64,000 bases of DNA from Gemmatimonadota bacterium (GCA_039589315.1 JBDHHQ010000003.1:1-64000), one strand, 5' to 3'; positions 53,381-62,834 are shown, numbered from the stretch's first letter. Notes: generated by a model from the letters alone, not told the origin. Numbers and translations: made by a program.

Positions 53381-53775
53381 GGGAGGATCATCTGACCAAG
53401 CGGAAACACTCTCATCCGCTTGTAGTCACCGTTCATGATGAAGTAGATATCGGTGCCACTGCTGAAGGAGTTGCACGAAACCTCGCCGTAGCCCCGGGAG
53501 TTCATGCACAGCTGCATCGTGGTGAAGCCGCTCTTGAGGTCGACGTTCATCGACTCCCGGAAGTTCACCGTCTCGAGCACCGTGCCATCGCGGGTGATCT
53601 GAACCACGTCCGTGCTGAAGTTCTGCAGGGCCGCGAAGGACTCTCGGGCCGAGCTGATGCTGTAGAGTCGCTGGGCCGGGGCGAACGCCGAGACCGCGAC
53701 GGACGCGAGGGCGATGCCGATCACCATCACGATCACGATCTCGATCATCGTGAACCCTTCTCTTCCAATTCGCAT
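53377..53775 (-). CDS. FimT/FimU-like minor pilin (cluster 1), possibly internally deleted
   Basis: EG|FTMIE; C-terminal V.PLGQ. Confidence 0.8.
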   Translation of the reverse strand: MRIGREGFTMIEIVIVMVIGIALASVAVSAFAPAQRLYSISSARESFAALQNFSTDVVQITRDGTVLETVNFRESMNVDLKSGFTTMQLCMNSRGYGEVSCNSFSSGTDIYFIMNGDYKRMRVFPLGQMILP

Positions 53776-53833
53776 GGAACGCAACCGGCACTCGAGTTCT
53801 GAGGGTCGAACGCATGTTCTCGGCCCTGATCAG

Positions 53834-53849
53834 TACCAGTTCCGTGCCA
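53834..53849 (-). promoter_or_regulatory. sigma54-type promoter of minor pilin cluster 1
   Basis: TGGCACGGAACTGGTA: perfect -24, variant -12 (GT). Confidence 0.55.
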
Positions 53850-53937
53850 CCGGGGGGGGTCGGTAATCCCCAGGAAACTCGGGGCTTTTCGACGGTTCGC
53901 GTGGACATCTTTGCCGGTCGGTGGCAAAAAAATGTGA

Positions 53938-55071
53938 CTAGGACTCGGAAAGTGGTCCGAGGTGCGAGAAGTCGGGCATTTTGCGAGGGTTTCGGAGCCA
54001 GACCGACCTCAGGACGGCCAGCGCCGCACAGGGAGAGGCGACCACGACCGCGCGGTCCTCGACCCGAACGGACCGCCCGGCTCCGATGACCCCTTCCACC
54101 CGGACGTCGTCTTGGAGCTCGACGTCTCCTGAAGCCAGGATCCACCCGTCGAAACGGGCGTCGCCCCTCAGGAGCAGATCCCCGTCCACGGCCAGCACCC
54201 CGGAGGCGGCTCCCCCTGTGACCTCGAGCTGGCCGGAGCCTCCCCAGATGCCCGGGGCACGGCCACAGGCCAATCCCGAGACGTCGAGGGGTGTGTCGCA
54301 GGAGGACTCGCTGGGCTCCATCGAAGGCCCGATGGGCGCGGCCACGTTCGCGAGCGTGTCCAAGGGGATCATGCCGAGCCCGGGCGCCTGCCCGGGGGTG
54401 AGTGCCTCGAACGGCCGGAGCGTCCCGTCAGCCCGCCACGGCGAGGAGGACTTGCCCGAGGGGAGAGTCGCGAAGGCAGCCATCTCGCCCGTGGGGAACA
54501 GCGAGTCCACCACCTGCCAGAGGGGAGCACACTGGCCGGGGTCCCACCCCGACGGCACCGTGTGCGTGTCGGTTCCGTCCACCCGGCCGCCCTTCTCCAC
54601 GGTGAGTCCCGCTCCGCTCACGACGACCGCGCCGTGCGCAGCGAGTCGGCTCGTGGGCGCGAGGACCCAGACCGCCGCCGCGACTCGGCTGGTCGCCGGA
54701 CCTGGCGTCCGACGGCCCTCGGAGTGGACCAGAAACAGCTCCGATGACAGGCGGCGGATCGTCGTCGTGCTCGCTCCGAGCTGTCCCAACGCGTGGGAGG
54801 GACCCGCCACCTGGCCCCCGACTGGCAGCGAATCGGCGCCCGCCGGCCACCCGCCCACGAGTCCGAGCAACCCGCTCTCCGCCGCGAGCCGAGCCTGCAG
54901 CACCGACTCGGTGGTGCGGGCGGCGAGCGCCTGTCTCCGGGCCAGCGTCAGCACCCCGGTGCCCAGGCCGGAGAGAGCCGCGATCAACAGCAGAAGCAGG
55001 GCCAGCGCCGCCCCCCGCGTGCCGCTCGCGGCGCGGACGCCCCCATCGGTCCCAGACCCTCGCACCCTCAC
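53938..55071 (-). CDS. PilX-like minor pilin (cluster 2)
   Basis: RG|AALAL hydrophobic helix, AAESG motif; same overall layout as 50951..52135; GTG start inferred. Confidence 0.65.
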   Translation of the reverse strand: MRVRGSGTDGGVRAASGTRGAALALLLLLIAALSGLGTGVLTLARRQALAARTTESVLQARLAAESGLLGLVGGWPAGADSLPVGGQVAGPSHALGQLGASTTTIRRLSSELFLVHSEGRRTPGPATSRVAAAVWVLAPTSRLAAHGAVVVSGAGLTVEKGGRVDGTDTHTVPSGWDPGQCAPLWQVVDSLFPTGEMAAFATLPSGKSSSPWRADGTLRPFEALTPGQAPGLGMIPLDTLANVAAPIGPSMEPSESSCDTPLDVSGLACGRAPGIWGGSGQLEVTGGAASGVLAVDGDLLLRGDARFDGWILASGDVELQDDVRVEGVIGAGRSVRVEDRAVVVASPCAALAVLRSVWLRNPRKMPDFSHLGPLSES

Positions 55072-55847
55072 CGGGGCTCCTGGCCCCACAACCGGAGCGA
55101 GGCGGCCCACGCCTCCGTCTCCCCCGCCTGGCCGTTCGGTCGGAGGTGGACCACCACCGCCCCGGCGCCCGCCGCTTCGAGCCCACTTTCGTCGCCCAGC
55201 GTCCGCGGCGTGAGGGGTTGGCGCCCACCCAGCCCCCGGCGGTAGCGCAGAGCCGCGTCGGCCACATGGTACGTGCCCCGCTCGAAGACACGGGCCAGGT
55301 ATCCACCAGCCTCGGGGTCGTCCAGCTCGAGACGGAGGGTGGGCCCTCCACCGGGGCACGGCGGAACCCGCGCCACGCGGCTCAGCCCGTGGGCCCGCCA
55401 TCGCCCGGCCGGCTCGAGGAGGAGCAACGAGTCCTTTGCGGGGTCGGGCTCTCGGATCCCGTCCCAGTCGGCCACCAAGAGGCCCGGAGCGGACGCGCCG
55501 GGACACGGTACCGCCAACCCGCGGAACGCCCGCAAGGTGATGGAGTCGTCGTGGGCGAGCCAGTCGGTTCCGGGCCGGGAGACCTTGAGCTCCTCGCGGA
55601 GCACCCAGCCCGAGATGCGGACCGCCTCCAGCATCTCAGACCTCCGCACGAGCTGCATGGCCCCTCTCGTGTGGCGAGCGGTCACGGACCATGCCGCCTG
55701 GAGCATGATCGTGAGCAGGATCAGCGTGATCAGGGCCTCCGCCAACGTGTATCCACCCGCGCCGGAGGATTCCGCCCCCTTGCGGCCTCGCCTCGACCCT
55801 GTCGGGCTCGTCCGCGGGTCCGAGTGCATATGCGGCCCCCGCTTCAC
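55068..55847 (-). CDS. PilW-like minor pilin (cluster 2)
   Basis: GG|YTLAE; FERGTY, QPL motifs shared with cluster-1 PilW. Confidence 0.7.
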   Translation of the reverse strand: MKRGPHMHSDPRTSPTGSRRGRKGAESSGAGGYTLAEALITLILLTIMLQAAWSVTARHTRGAMQLVRRSEMLEAVRISGWVLREELKVSRPGTDWLAHDDSITLRAFRGLAVPCPGASAPGLLVADWDGIREPDPAKDSLLLLEPAGRWRAHGLSRVARVPPCPGGGPTLRLELDDPEAGGYLARVFERGTYHVADAALRYRRGLGGRQPLTPRTLGDESGLEAAGAGAVVVHLRPNGQAGETEAWAASLRLWGQEPR

Positions 55848-56191
55848 GAGCCGCCCGCCGCGGAACGGGGCGTCAGCACGCTCAGGTCGACCAGGACGGC
55901 TCCAGATCGGTCCTCGGCGGTGATCCTCGCCAGGGCCACCGGCTCGCCCTCAACGGTCCAGTGGATCCGGCCGAACCGGGCGTCGATCCCCCCGTTCCCG
56001 GCAGCGCCGAATCGAGCCAGCGAATCGGCGACGGCCCGCACCTCCTGCACGGCCCACTCGAGGTCGCGAGCCCGGGTCATGGTCTTCGCGGCGTAGAAGA
56101 ACATACCAGACACCCCCAGCACACCCACCGCGAGCACCACGAGCGCGACCAGGACCTCCGCAAGGGTGCAACCCCGCGTCCCGGCCGTCAT
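55844..56191 (-). CDS. PilV-like minor pilin (cluster 2)
   Basis: RG|CTLAEVLVAL.VL.VG.LG. Confidence 0.75.
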   Translation of the reverse strand: MTAGTRGCTLAEVLVALVVLAVGVLGVSGMFFYAAKTMTRARDLEWAVQEVRAVADSLARFGAAGNGGIDARFGRIHWTVEGEPVALARITAEDRSGAVLVDLSVLTPRSAAGGS

Positions 56192-56616
56192 CGGCGACTG
56201 ACCCCGCCGTACGACGACACCACGACGCGCGCGTCAGACCGACCTCGGCGGAACAGGACCGATTGGCTGGCGACCCTGCCGATGCCCAGAGCATCGAAGC
56301 GAAGCGTCGCTCGTGTCCTCGAGCCGAGCAGCGAGACCTCCACGCCGAAGTCACCCCCAAGCGCCACCGAATCGGTTACCGTTCGGTCCGCCTCCAGCCA
56401 CGCGCTCCCCGTGGCCTCGTCGAGGATCAGAGTGGAGCCCCCCACGGCCAGAGCCCGGGAGCGTGCCGTGGCGACCAGGCCCACGAGGGCCTCGCGGGCA
56501 CCCACGACAGCCAGGCGGTCGGCCCTGACCCGGGCCGTGGGGACGAGGAGCGACAGGCCCACGGCCGACACGACCAGGACCAGAACCAGCTCGATGAGCG
56601 TGAAACCGAACCGCAT
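56188..56616 (-). CDS. FimT/GspH-like minor pilin (cluster 2)
   Basis: FG|FTLIE, AR.RA, F.ALG, VSSYG. Confidence 0.8.
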   Translation of the reverse strand: MRFGFTLIELVLVLVVSAVGLSLLVPTARVRADRLAVVGAREALVGLVATARSRALAVGGSTLILDEATGSAWLEADRTVTDSVALGGDFGVEVSLLGSRTRATLRFDALGIGRVASQSVLFRRGRSDARVVVSSYGGVSRR

Positions 56617-56742
56617 GGAAGGACAATGCGGCCCGGCAGCGGGCCTGAGGATGGCGAGAGGGGACGCAGCTCCCGGGAATCGTCCTGCTACCGACTCACG
56701 GGTGGGATCGGCTCGAGGAGCAGCGACGTCGTTCGGGCGCTA

Positions 56743-58113
56743 CTAGTCCAACCCGTAATCCTGGATCTTGTAGCGCAGAGCCCGCGGGCTGAGCTCGAGA
56801 AGCTCGGCGGCCTGGGTCCGGTTGCCGCCCGTACGCTCGAGCGCTCGCTGGATCAGGCCGGCCTCCAGCTCCGCCGTTCGACGCTTGACCGACAGATCGT
56901 CATCGGACAGGGAAGAGAGCCCCGGGTGTGCCCCCGGCCTCCGGATCCGATCGGGCAGGTCGTCCGCGTCGATCACGGGTCCCTCGGAGAGGACCATGGC
57001 CTGCTCGAGGAGGTTCTCCAGCTCTCGGATGTTGCCGGGCCAGGGATACGCCAGCAGCGCCTCCATGGCCGCCGGAGAGATGCCGCTCAGCTCGATGCCG
57101 AGCCGTTGGCGGTGCCGCTCGATGAAGAACGCGACGAGATCCGGAATCTCCTCCGCTCGCTGCCGGAGCGGCGGAAGGTGAATGGGTACCACCGCGAGCC
57201 GATAGTACAGGTCCTCCCGGAAGTCGCCCTGCTCGACGGCTTCGAGGATGTCTCGGTTGGTGGCCGCGATGATGCGTACGTCGACGTCTCGGGTCTCGGT
57301 GTCGCCGAGGCGGCGGATCTCGCCTTCCTGGAGGGCTCGTAGGAGCTTGACCTGGAGCTGGTGGGGGAGCTCCCCCACCTCGTCGAGGAAGAGCGTGCCG
57401 GCGTCCGCCATCTCGAAGAGGCCCGGCTTGGTCCGGTCGGCACCGGAAAACGCGCCCTTCACGTAGCCGAAGAACTCGGACTCCAGCAGGTTCTCCGGAA
57501 TGGCGCCGCAGTTCACCGGCACGAACCCGGCTCCCGAGCGCGCGCTCTCCCGGTGAATGAGCCTCGCGACCAGCTCCTTGCCCGTCCCGCTGGGTCCCGT
57601 GATGAGCACAGGTGACGGATGCTGTGCCACCTTGCCCGCCACCTCGAGCGCCCGGATCATCGCTGGAGACCGGGCCACGATCTCACCGAATCTCCGGTCG
57701 GCCCGGACCTCGGCGCGGAGCCGTCCAACCTCCTGAACCAGCTCCCGCTGTGCCTCGGTCTTGCGCACCCTGAGCAGCACTTCGTCCGCCGAGAACGGCT
57801 TGGATAGGTAGTCCGCCGCCCCCCTGCTCACCGCGTCCACCGCGAGGTCGACGCTGCCGTACGCGGTCATGACCAGAACGGGGGCCTCGCCCCCGGTCTC
57901 CCTGTACCCGTCCAGGAACTCCAGTCCGCTCATCCCCGGCATGCGCACATCGCAGAGGATCAGGTCGGGCGCTTCGCGTTCGGCTACGGCGAGCCCCTCC
58001 AGGCCGTCCGAGGCAGCCAGAACCTCATAGCCGCCGTCGGTGAGAATGAGGGACAGGGACTTCCTCAGCCCCGCGTCGTCGTCGACGACGAGGATCTTCG
58101 TGTCAGCGCTCAA
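56743..58113 (-). CDS. NtrC-family sigma54 response regulator (PilR/PilR2-like)
   Basis: Intact receiver (VVDDD, CDVRMP, KPF), AAA+ with GAFSGA, HTH. Confidence 0.9.
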   Translation of the reverse strand: MSADTKILVVDDDAGLRKSLSLILTDGGYEVLAASDGLEGLAVAEREAPDLILCDVRMPGMSGLEFLDGYRETGGEAPVLVMTAYGSVDLAVDAVSRGAADYLSKPFSADEVLLRVRKTEAQRELVQEVGRLRAEVRADRRFGEIVARSPAMIRALEVAGKVAQHPSPVLITGPSGTGKELVARLIHRESARSGAGFVPVNCGAIPENLLESEFFGYVKGAFSGADRTKPGLFEMADAGTLFLDEVGELPHQLQVKLLRALQEGEIRRLGDTETRDVDVRIIAATNRDILEAVEQGDFREDLYYRLAVVPIHLPPLRQRAEEIPDLVAFFIERHRQRLGIELSGISPAAMEALLAYPWPGNIRELENLLEQAMVLSEGPVIDADDLPDRIRRPGAHPGLSSLSDDDLSVKRRTAELEAGLIQRALERTGGNRTQAAELLELSPRALRYKIQDYGLD

Positions 58114-59377
58114 CCTGGCGAGCCTCTTCCATTTCGGGTTCTCGTTCCGCGCGGGTCGCGCCGGTCAGCCTTATCGTGAAGCGGGCGCCCCCTTCGGGCC
58201 GGTTCGCGGCCTGTATGCGACCTCCCATACTCTCGACTAGTTGGGCGCAGATCGACAGTCCCAAGCCGGTTCCCTCGCCGGGCGCTTTCGTCGTGAAGAA
58301 GGGATCGAACACTCGCTCTTCGTCTCCGGGGGGCAGCCCTGGCCCGTTGTCGGAGACGGAGATGACGACCACCTCGGGCGCGTCGGCAAGGGGATCGAAC
58401 GAGCGCCGCCCCACCGCCACGCGCCTCCTGTGTGCGTAGTTGACGCCGGGAGGATCCCCTTCGCGACGCTCCCACAGTGGCCGGTGCTCCACCGACTCCT
58501 TGTCGACTGCGATCTGGATGGCCGGATCGGCGCTCCCCTTGAGCGCGTCCAGCGCGTTGAGGATCAGGTTCACCAGCACCTGTTCCAGGCGAGTGGGGTC
58601 GATGATTACGTCGGGCACGCCCGAGTCGACGCTCCAGCGGTGGTCGACGCGGCCCAGCCGCCCCTGCGAGGCCAGGATCTCACGCACCCTGTCCAGGACG
58701 GAGCCCGGGGACACGGAGCGGGCGTTGCCGGCCTGCGGCCGGGCATAGTCCAACAAGCCCCGAATGATCCGGTCGATGCGTAGCGCCTCGGACCGCACCG
58801 CCTCCAACACCTCCGTGTCATCTGCGTTCTGTCGAGCCCGGGACAGGGCGACGTCCACGTAGGCCAGGACCGCGCCGAGGGGGTTACCCACCTCGTGGGC
58901 GATACCGGCGGCCAGCGTCCCCACCGACGCTAGGCGGGCCGCTTGGACCATCTGGTTGCGGACCCGCACCAGCTCCTCGTTGGTCTCCTCGAGGGACTCC
59001 ACGTTCTCGGCCAGGAGCGCCCGGTCCTCGATGAGACGATGCGCCAGGGCGTTCACGCTCTCGCTCACGGCCTGGAACTCCCGGCTGTCCATGTCCGCGA
59101 TCCTGTGCTGGTAGTCGCCGGCTGCCATCCGGCGAGCGTCTCCCACGAGCCGATCGATGGGGTCGAGGAGGGTTCGCTTCACGAGCCCGCGTCCGAAGAC
59201 GAAGAGGATGACGAGGTTCCCGAGGATCAGGAACCCGATGAACATGGTCGTTTCGGCCGGCGTCTCCAGCAGCGGGAGGACGAGGAACAGTCCCACGGTC
59301 GCCAGGAGGATCGCGCCGGCGAAGACGACGCCGAACGAGAGCAGCAAGTCTCGCCGGAGTGGAGTCGGAGACCTCAT
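58103..59377 (-). CDS. HAMP-domain sensor histidine kinase (PilS2-like)
   Basis: Two TM, HAMP, AHEVGNPL, N box, DNGPG, FFTTK, GTGLGL. Confidence 0.9.
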   Translation of the reverse strand: MRSPTPLRRDLLLSFGVVFAGAILLATVGLFLVLPLLETPAETTMFIGFLILGNLVILFVFGRGLVKRTLLDPIDRLVGDARRMAAGDYQHRIADMDSREFQAVSESVNALAHRLIEDRALLAENVESLEETNEELVRVRNQMVQAARLASVGTLAAGIAHEVGNPLGAVLAYVDVALSRARQNADDTEVLEAVRSEALRIDRIIRGLLDYARPQAGNARSVSPGSVLDRVREILASQGRLGRVDHRWSVDSGVPDVIIDPTRLEQVLVNLILNALDALKGSADPAIQIAVDKESVEHRPLWERREGDPPGVNYAHRRRVAVGRRSFDPLADAPEVVVISVSDNGPGLPPGDEERVFDPFFTTKAPGEGTGLGLSICAQLVESMGGRIQAANRPEGGARFTIRLTGATRAEREPEMEEARQVER

Positions 59378-59414
59378 GGTGTCGGCACGGTTCCCTGCTG
59401 AAGCTGGATCACGA

Positions 59415-59459
59415 AAGGGAAGATAAAGAAAGAGGGCCCGGATCTGCATCCGGGCCCTC
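59415..59459 (-). terminator. intrinsic terminator of pilA
   Basis: GAGGGCCCGGAT-N4-ATCCGGGCCCTC followed by TTTCTTT on minus strand. Confidence 0.85.
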
Positions 59460-59486
59460 CGTACCTGCTCGCTTCACGCGTGCGGA

Positions 59487-59879
59487 TCAGGTACCGCCGC
59501 CCGCGCCGCAGGCGACCACACCCTTCTCCGTGGCCGGCGAGACCGCCGTCGCGTCACCGTAGTAGATGCCGCACGTGACGCCGGTGCTGGTGTGCGAAGC
59601 GGTGGCCGACCAACCGGTCGTCGCGCCCACGCCCACCGTCACCGTCACGCGATCACTCTCGAAGAGCTCGACATCGGTCAGGCTGGTGGAGTAGGTGTAG
59701 TTGTCCGCGTAGTACAGCTCCTGCTGATTCGACAGGTTCCGCAGGTCGGACTTCATGGCCGAGATGTAGGCCTTCTCACGAGTGGAGCTGAACTTCGGAA
59801 TGGCGATGGCGGCGAGAATGCCGATGATCACCACGACGATGAGCAGCTCGATCAGGGTGAAACCCTTGGTGTCCCGCAT
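59487..59879 (-). CDS. pilA: type IVa major pilin
   Basis: KG|FTLIELLIVVVIIGILAAIAIP, two C-terminal Cys, GAAGGAG RBS, own promoter and terminator. Confidence 0.93.
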   Translation of the reverse strand: MRDTKGFTLIELLIVVVIIGILAAIAIPKFSSTREKAYISAMKSDLRNLSNQQELYYADNYTYSTSLTDVELFESDRVTVTVGVGATTGWSATASHTSTGVTCGIYYGDATAVSPATEKGVVACGAGGGT

Positions 59880-59932
59880 GGTGGATCGCTCCTTCAGACT
59901 GTGAAATGCGGCGTTGCCCGGTCTCGGCATTG

Positions 59933-59991
59933 TGCAAGTCGGGCGCCCATCCCGCGGCTGTGATGACATGTCATTTAATAGCAACCAGTTA
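59933..59991 (-). promoter_or_regulatory. sigma54 promoter of pilA with IHF-like site
   Basis: GGGCGCCCGACTTGCA (59948-59933); TAGCAACCAGTTA (59979-59991) one mismatch from IHF consensus; palindrome ATGACATGTCAT 59963-59974. Confidence 0.65.
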
Positions 59992-60090
59992 TAGAGACCC
60001 ACGGCGCCGTCTGGAACACGGGAATCGGCGGATCTCCTCTTGGATTCTGCCAGTGCCCTGCAAAAAACCACGCGGAAAACCCGTGCCGCG

Positions 60091-61935
60091 TCAGAAGAGA
60101 CCGAGAGCGCTGGCCAAGCTGTCCACCCGGGCCCGCGCTCCCTCCGAATCCACCCGCGCCCGGGCCGAGTCCAGCGCCGCCCCGGCCATGTCCGTGAGAC
60201 CGGCCCGCGACGCCTCCTCGGCCAGCCAGTACCACTGCTGCCACCGGTCCCCTTCTCCGCTCGCGATCACGGCGTGCCGCGCCTCCACCGCCTCGCCCCA
60301 CCGTTCCTGCCCTCCGAGCGCCGAGGCCAGCATGTGGAGCATGGACGGGTCCCCAGGATCGATCTCCAGGGCCGCCCGCGCCGCCGCTTCGGCCTCAGGC
60401 CACGCCTCCAGCGCCGTGTAGGTGGTCGTGAGCAGCACCGGAGCTACCGCGTACTCCGGCTTGTCCCGCCACGCCATCTCGAGGATCGGCCTTGCCGACT
60501 CGTGCCTCCCGACGCCAGCCAACTTCCGCCCGATCTCGGTTGTGAGCGAGTAGTGGGCGCCGGCCACGTTGATGGCTAGCCGGTACGCTCGCAGCGCTGC
60601 GCTCACCCGACCTCGCTCGAACAGGACGTCTCCGAGGGCCCACTGGGCCCGTCCGGACTCCGGGTGATCCCGCAAGAGCGAGTTGAAGACCGTGAGGTTG
60701 TCCTTCCAGACCGGGTTCCGCGTCACGGTCCGCACGGACATCAGGACTACCACGCTCGCGACCAATATCGCCACGGTCCTGGGGCGCTCTCCATGGATGG
60801 ATGAGACGATCCATCCGACGATCACGGCGAACCCGACGGAGGGCAGGTAGAAGGTCCGCTCGGCCAGGAGCACGCCGGCAAGGAAGGCCACGTTGGCCAC
60901 GGTCGAGATCGTGATGACGAACCAGACGACCCCGAATCCGGCGGCTCTTGGGGCAACGGCGCCGGGCCGGGACGCCGGAGCCCGCCAGCTCCACAGCGCC
61001 ATGGCCAGGACGGCCATGACCAGCCCGACCCCCAGGAGGTTGGTGGGATTCCATCCCATGAAGATCCGGAGCACGGAGGGCGCGTAGTCGACGGACAGGT
61101 CGTACGGGAACACGAGGAGGCGGACGTAGTGGGGCCAGATGCCGGCCACGGTCCAGATTCGCGGCACCTGCTCCAGGATGTCCGCACCGAAAGGCGCCAA
61201 CGGGTGGGCCAGGCTGCCCAGAACGGCCTTGCGCGCGGCCAGAATCAGCCCGGCCGTACCGGCCAGCGACCCGTACAAGAGCCAACGCTGCTTCAGGTAG
61301 GCGGGCAGCTGCCGCAGTGACGTGTCCTCGAAGAAACCGTCGATAAGGAAGAGCACCCCCGGCAGCGTAACCGCGCTCTCCTTGGTCAGGAACGCCGCCG
61401 CGTAGAGGGCACAAAGACCAGCGGCTCTGCCGAGCCCGATCCTCGCACGCCACCGCACGAACACGAGACACGCGAGGAGATAGAAGACGCTCGACAACAC
61501 CTCGGCCCGACCCACGATGTTCGCCACGGCCTCCACGTGCACGGGGTGCACGGAGAAGACCAGCGCGCCGGCCAAGGCGCCGACGAACGGCAGCAGGACC
61601 AGGAGCAGGCGAAAGACCAGGACAGAGGCCGTGGCGTGCAGCCCGACGTTCACGGCGTGATAGCCCGCCGGATGCCCATTCCACAGCGACCACTCGAGCC
61701 CGTAGATGCCGGTGGAGAGCGGGCGCCACAGGCCCAGGGCCTGCCCCAGGTCCCCGGGCCAATACGGGTCGACGAGGGCGCCCGGCAACGCGCCCAGCGC
61801 GTGGATGTCCTCGTTTTCCTGGATGATGTGGAGGTCGTCGAACGCGAAGTCGTGGCCGAGGGAGTTGAGGAACACCACCGCGGCCATGCTGGCCACGATC
61901 CCCGAGGCGAGGCGAGCCGAGCGTGCAGACGTCAA
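60091..61935 (-). CDS. TMTC-like GT-C protein O-mannosyltransferase with C-terminal TPRs
   Basis: FAFDD, WRPL, YHAVNVGLH, HPVHVEAVANIVGRAE, KESA, AERTFYLPS, RNPVWKD then TPRs. Confidence 0.8.
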   Translation of the reverse strand: MTSARSARLASGIVASMAAVVFLNSLGHDFAFDDLHIIQENEDIHALGALPGALVDPYWPGDLGQALGLWRPLSTGIYGLEWSLWNGHPAGYHAVNVGLHATASVLVFRLLLVLLPFVGALAGALVFSVHPVHVEAVANIVGRAEVLSSVFYLLACLVFVRWRARIGLGRAAGLCALYAAAFLTKESAVTLPGVLFLIDGFFEDTSLRQLPAYLKQRWLLYGSLAGTAGLILAARKAVLGSLAHPLAPFGADILEQVPRIWTVAGIWPHYVRLLVFPYDLSVDYAPSVLRIFMGWNPTNLLGVGLVMAVLAMALWSWRAPASRPGAVAPRAAGFGVVWFVITISTVANVAFLAGVLLAERTFYLPSVGFAVIVGWIVSSIHGERPRTVAILVASVVVLMSVRTVTRNPVWKDNLTVFNSLLRDHPESGRAQWALGDVLFERGRVSAALRAYRLAINVAGAHYSLTTEIGRKLAGVGRHESARPILEMAWRDKPEYAVAPVLLTTTYTALEAWPEAEAAARAALEIDPGDPSMLHMLASALGGQERWGEAVEARHAVIASGEGDRWQQWYWLAEEASRAGLTDMAGAALDSARARVDSEGARARVDSLASALGLF

Positions 61936-61948
61936 GGAGCTGGGCCGG

Positions 61949-62812
61949 TCAGTCGCTGGGGTCCGGCCCGATGCCCGAGGCCCGGTCCGGCTCGGAGGTG
62001 GGCGGGAGCTCGCCGCGTTGCTCCCACCTCGGCACCATGGGCGGCGTCCAGCGGGGGGCCCGCGCGGACAGCAAGTTGGAGCGCAGGATGTACCAGAGCG
62101 CGGCGAACCCGTCTCGCCAGTTGATCTTCTTGCCCTCTGCGTAGCTCCGCCCGTGGTAGCTGATGGGGAGCTCGTAGATCTTGGCGCCGGACTGGGCCAG
62201 CCTCGCCGTGAGCTCGGGTTCGATGCCGAACCGGTCTGCGGACAGCGGGAGGGACTTCAGGAGCGGTGCCCGCACCATCTTGTAGCACGTCTCCATGTCC
62301 GTGAGGTTGAGGTCGGTCAACATGTTGGACAGGAGGGTCAGCAACCGGTTCCCCACCATGTGCCAGAAGAACAGCACCCGGTGGGGACCGGACAGGAAGC
62401 GCGAGCCGTAGACGGCGTCGGCCTTCCCTTGAAGGATGGGCTGCAGCAGGATCGGCAGCTCGTGGGGGTCGTATTCCATGTCGGCGTCCTGAACGACGAT
62501 CACATCACCGGTGGCCCGCTGGAACCCCTCCCGCAAGGCCGCCCCTTTGCCCTGGTTCTCGGGAAGGAGGACCAGGGTGTCGATGGCACCCTCCTCCTCC
62601 AGCCGGCTCAGGATGTCCCGGGTCCCGTCCGTGGACCCGTCATCTATGACGATGACGTCCAGGTTGAGGGGGAGCTCACGCAGCCGGCGAATCAGCTGCT
62701 CTGCGGTATGCCGCTCGTTGAATGCCGGGATCACCACCGAAAGGACCACGCGGTCCCACGGAAGCGGCGCCGAGGGTTTCACGCTGGGGATCGAGTCATC
62801 GATACGGTGCAT
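61949..62812 (-). CDS. GT2 glycosyltransferase (DPM1/polyprenol-phosphate glycosyltransferase-like)
   Basis: SVVIPAFNE, DDGSTDGT, NQGKG, QDAD, GSRF, TDMETCYK. Confidence 0.9.
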   Translation of the reverse strand: MHRIDDSIPSVKPSAPLPWDRVVLSVVIPAFNERHTAEQLIRRLRELPLNLDVIVIDDGSTDGTRDILSRLEEEGAIDTLVLLPENQGKGAALREGFQRATGDVIVVQDADMEYDPHELPILLQPILQGKADAVYGSRFLSGPHRVLFFWHMVGNRLLTLLSNMLTDLNLTDMETCYKMVRAPLLKSLPLSADRFGIEPELTARLAQSGAKIYELPISYHGRSYAEGKKINWRDGFAALWYILRSNLLSARAPRWTPPMVPRWEQRGELPPTSEPDRASGIGPDPSD

Positions 62813-62834
62813 CGGGTCGTCAGTTGGTGCGGGT

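Noticed and set aside
59487..59879. Conductive e-pilin (N-terminus resembles Geobacter PilA)
   Set aside because: Full-length pilin, no aromatic at position 27, about 9% F/Y/W, no multiheme cytochromes in the window, and the e-pilus criterion is itself disputed
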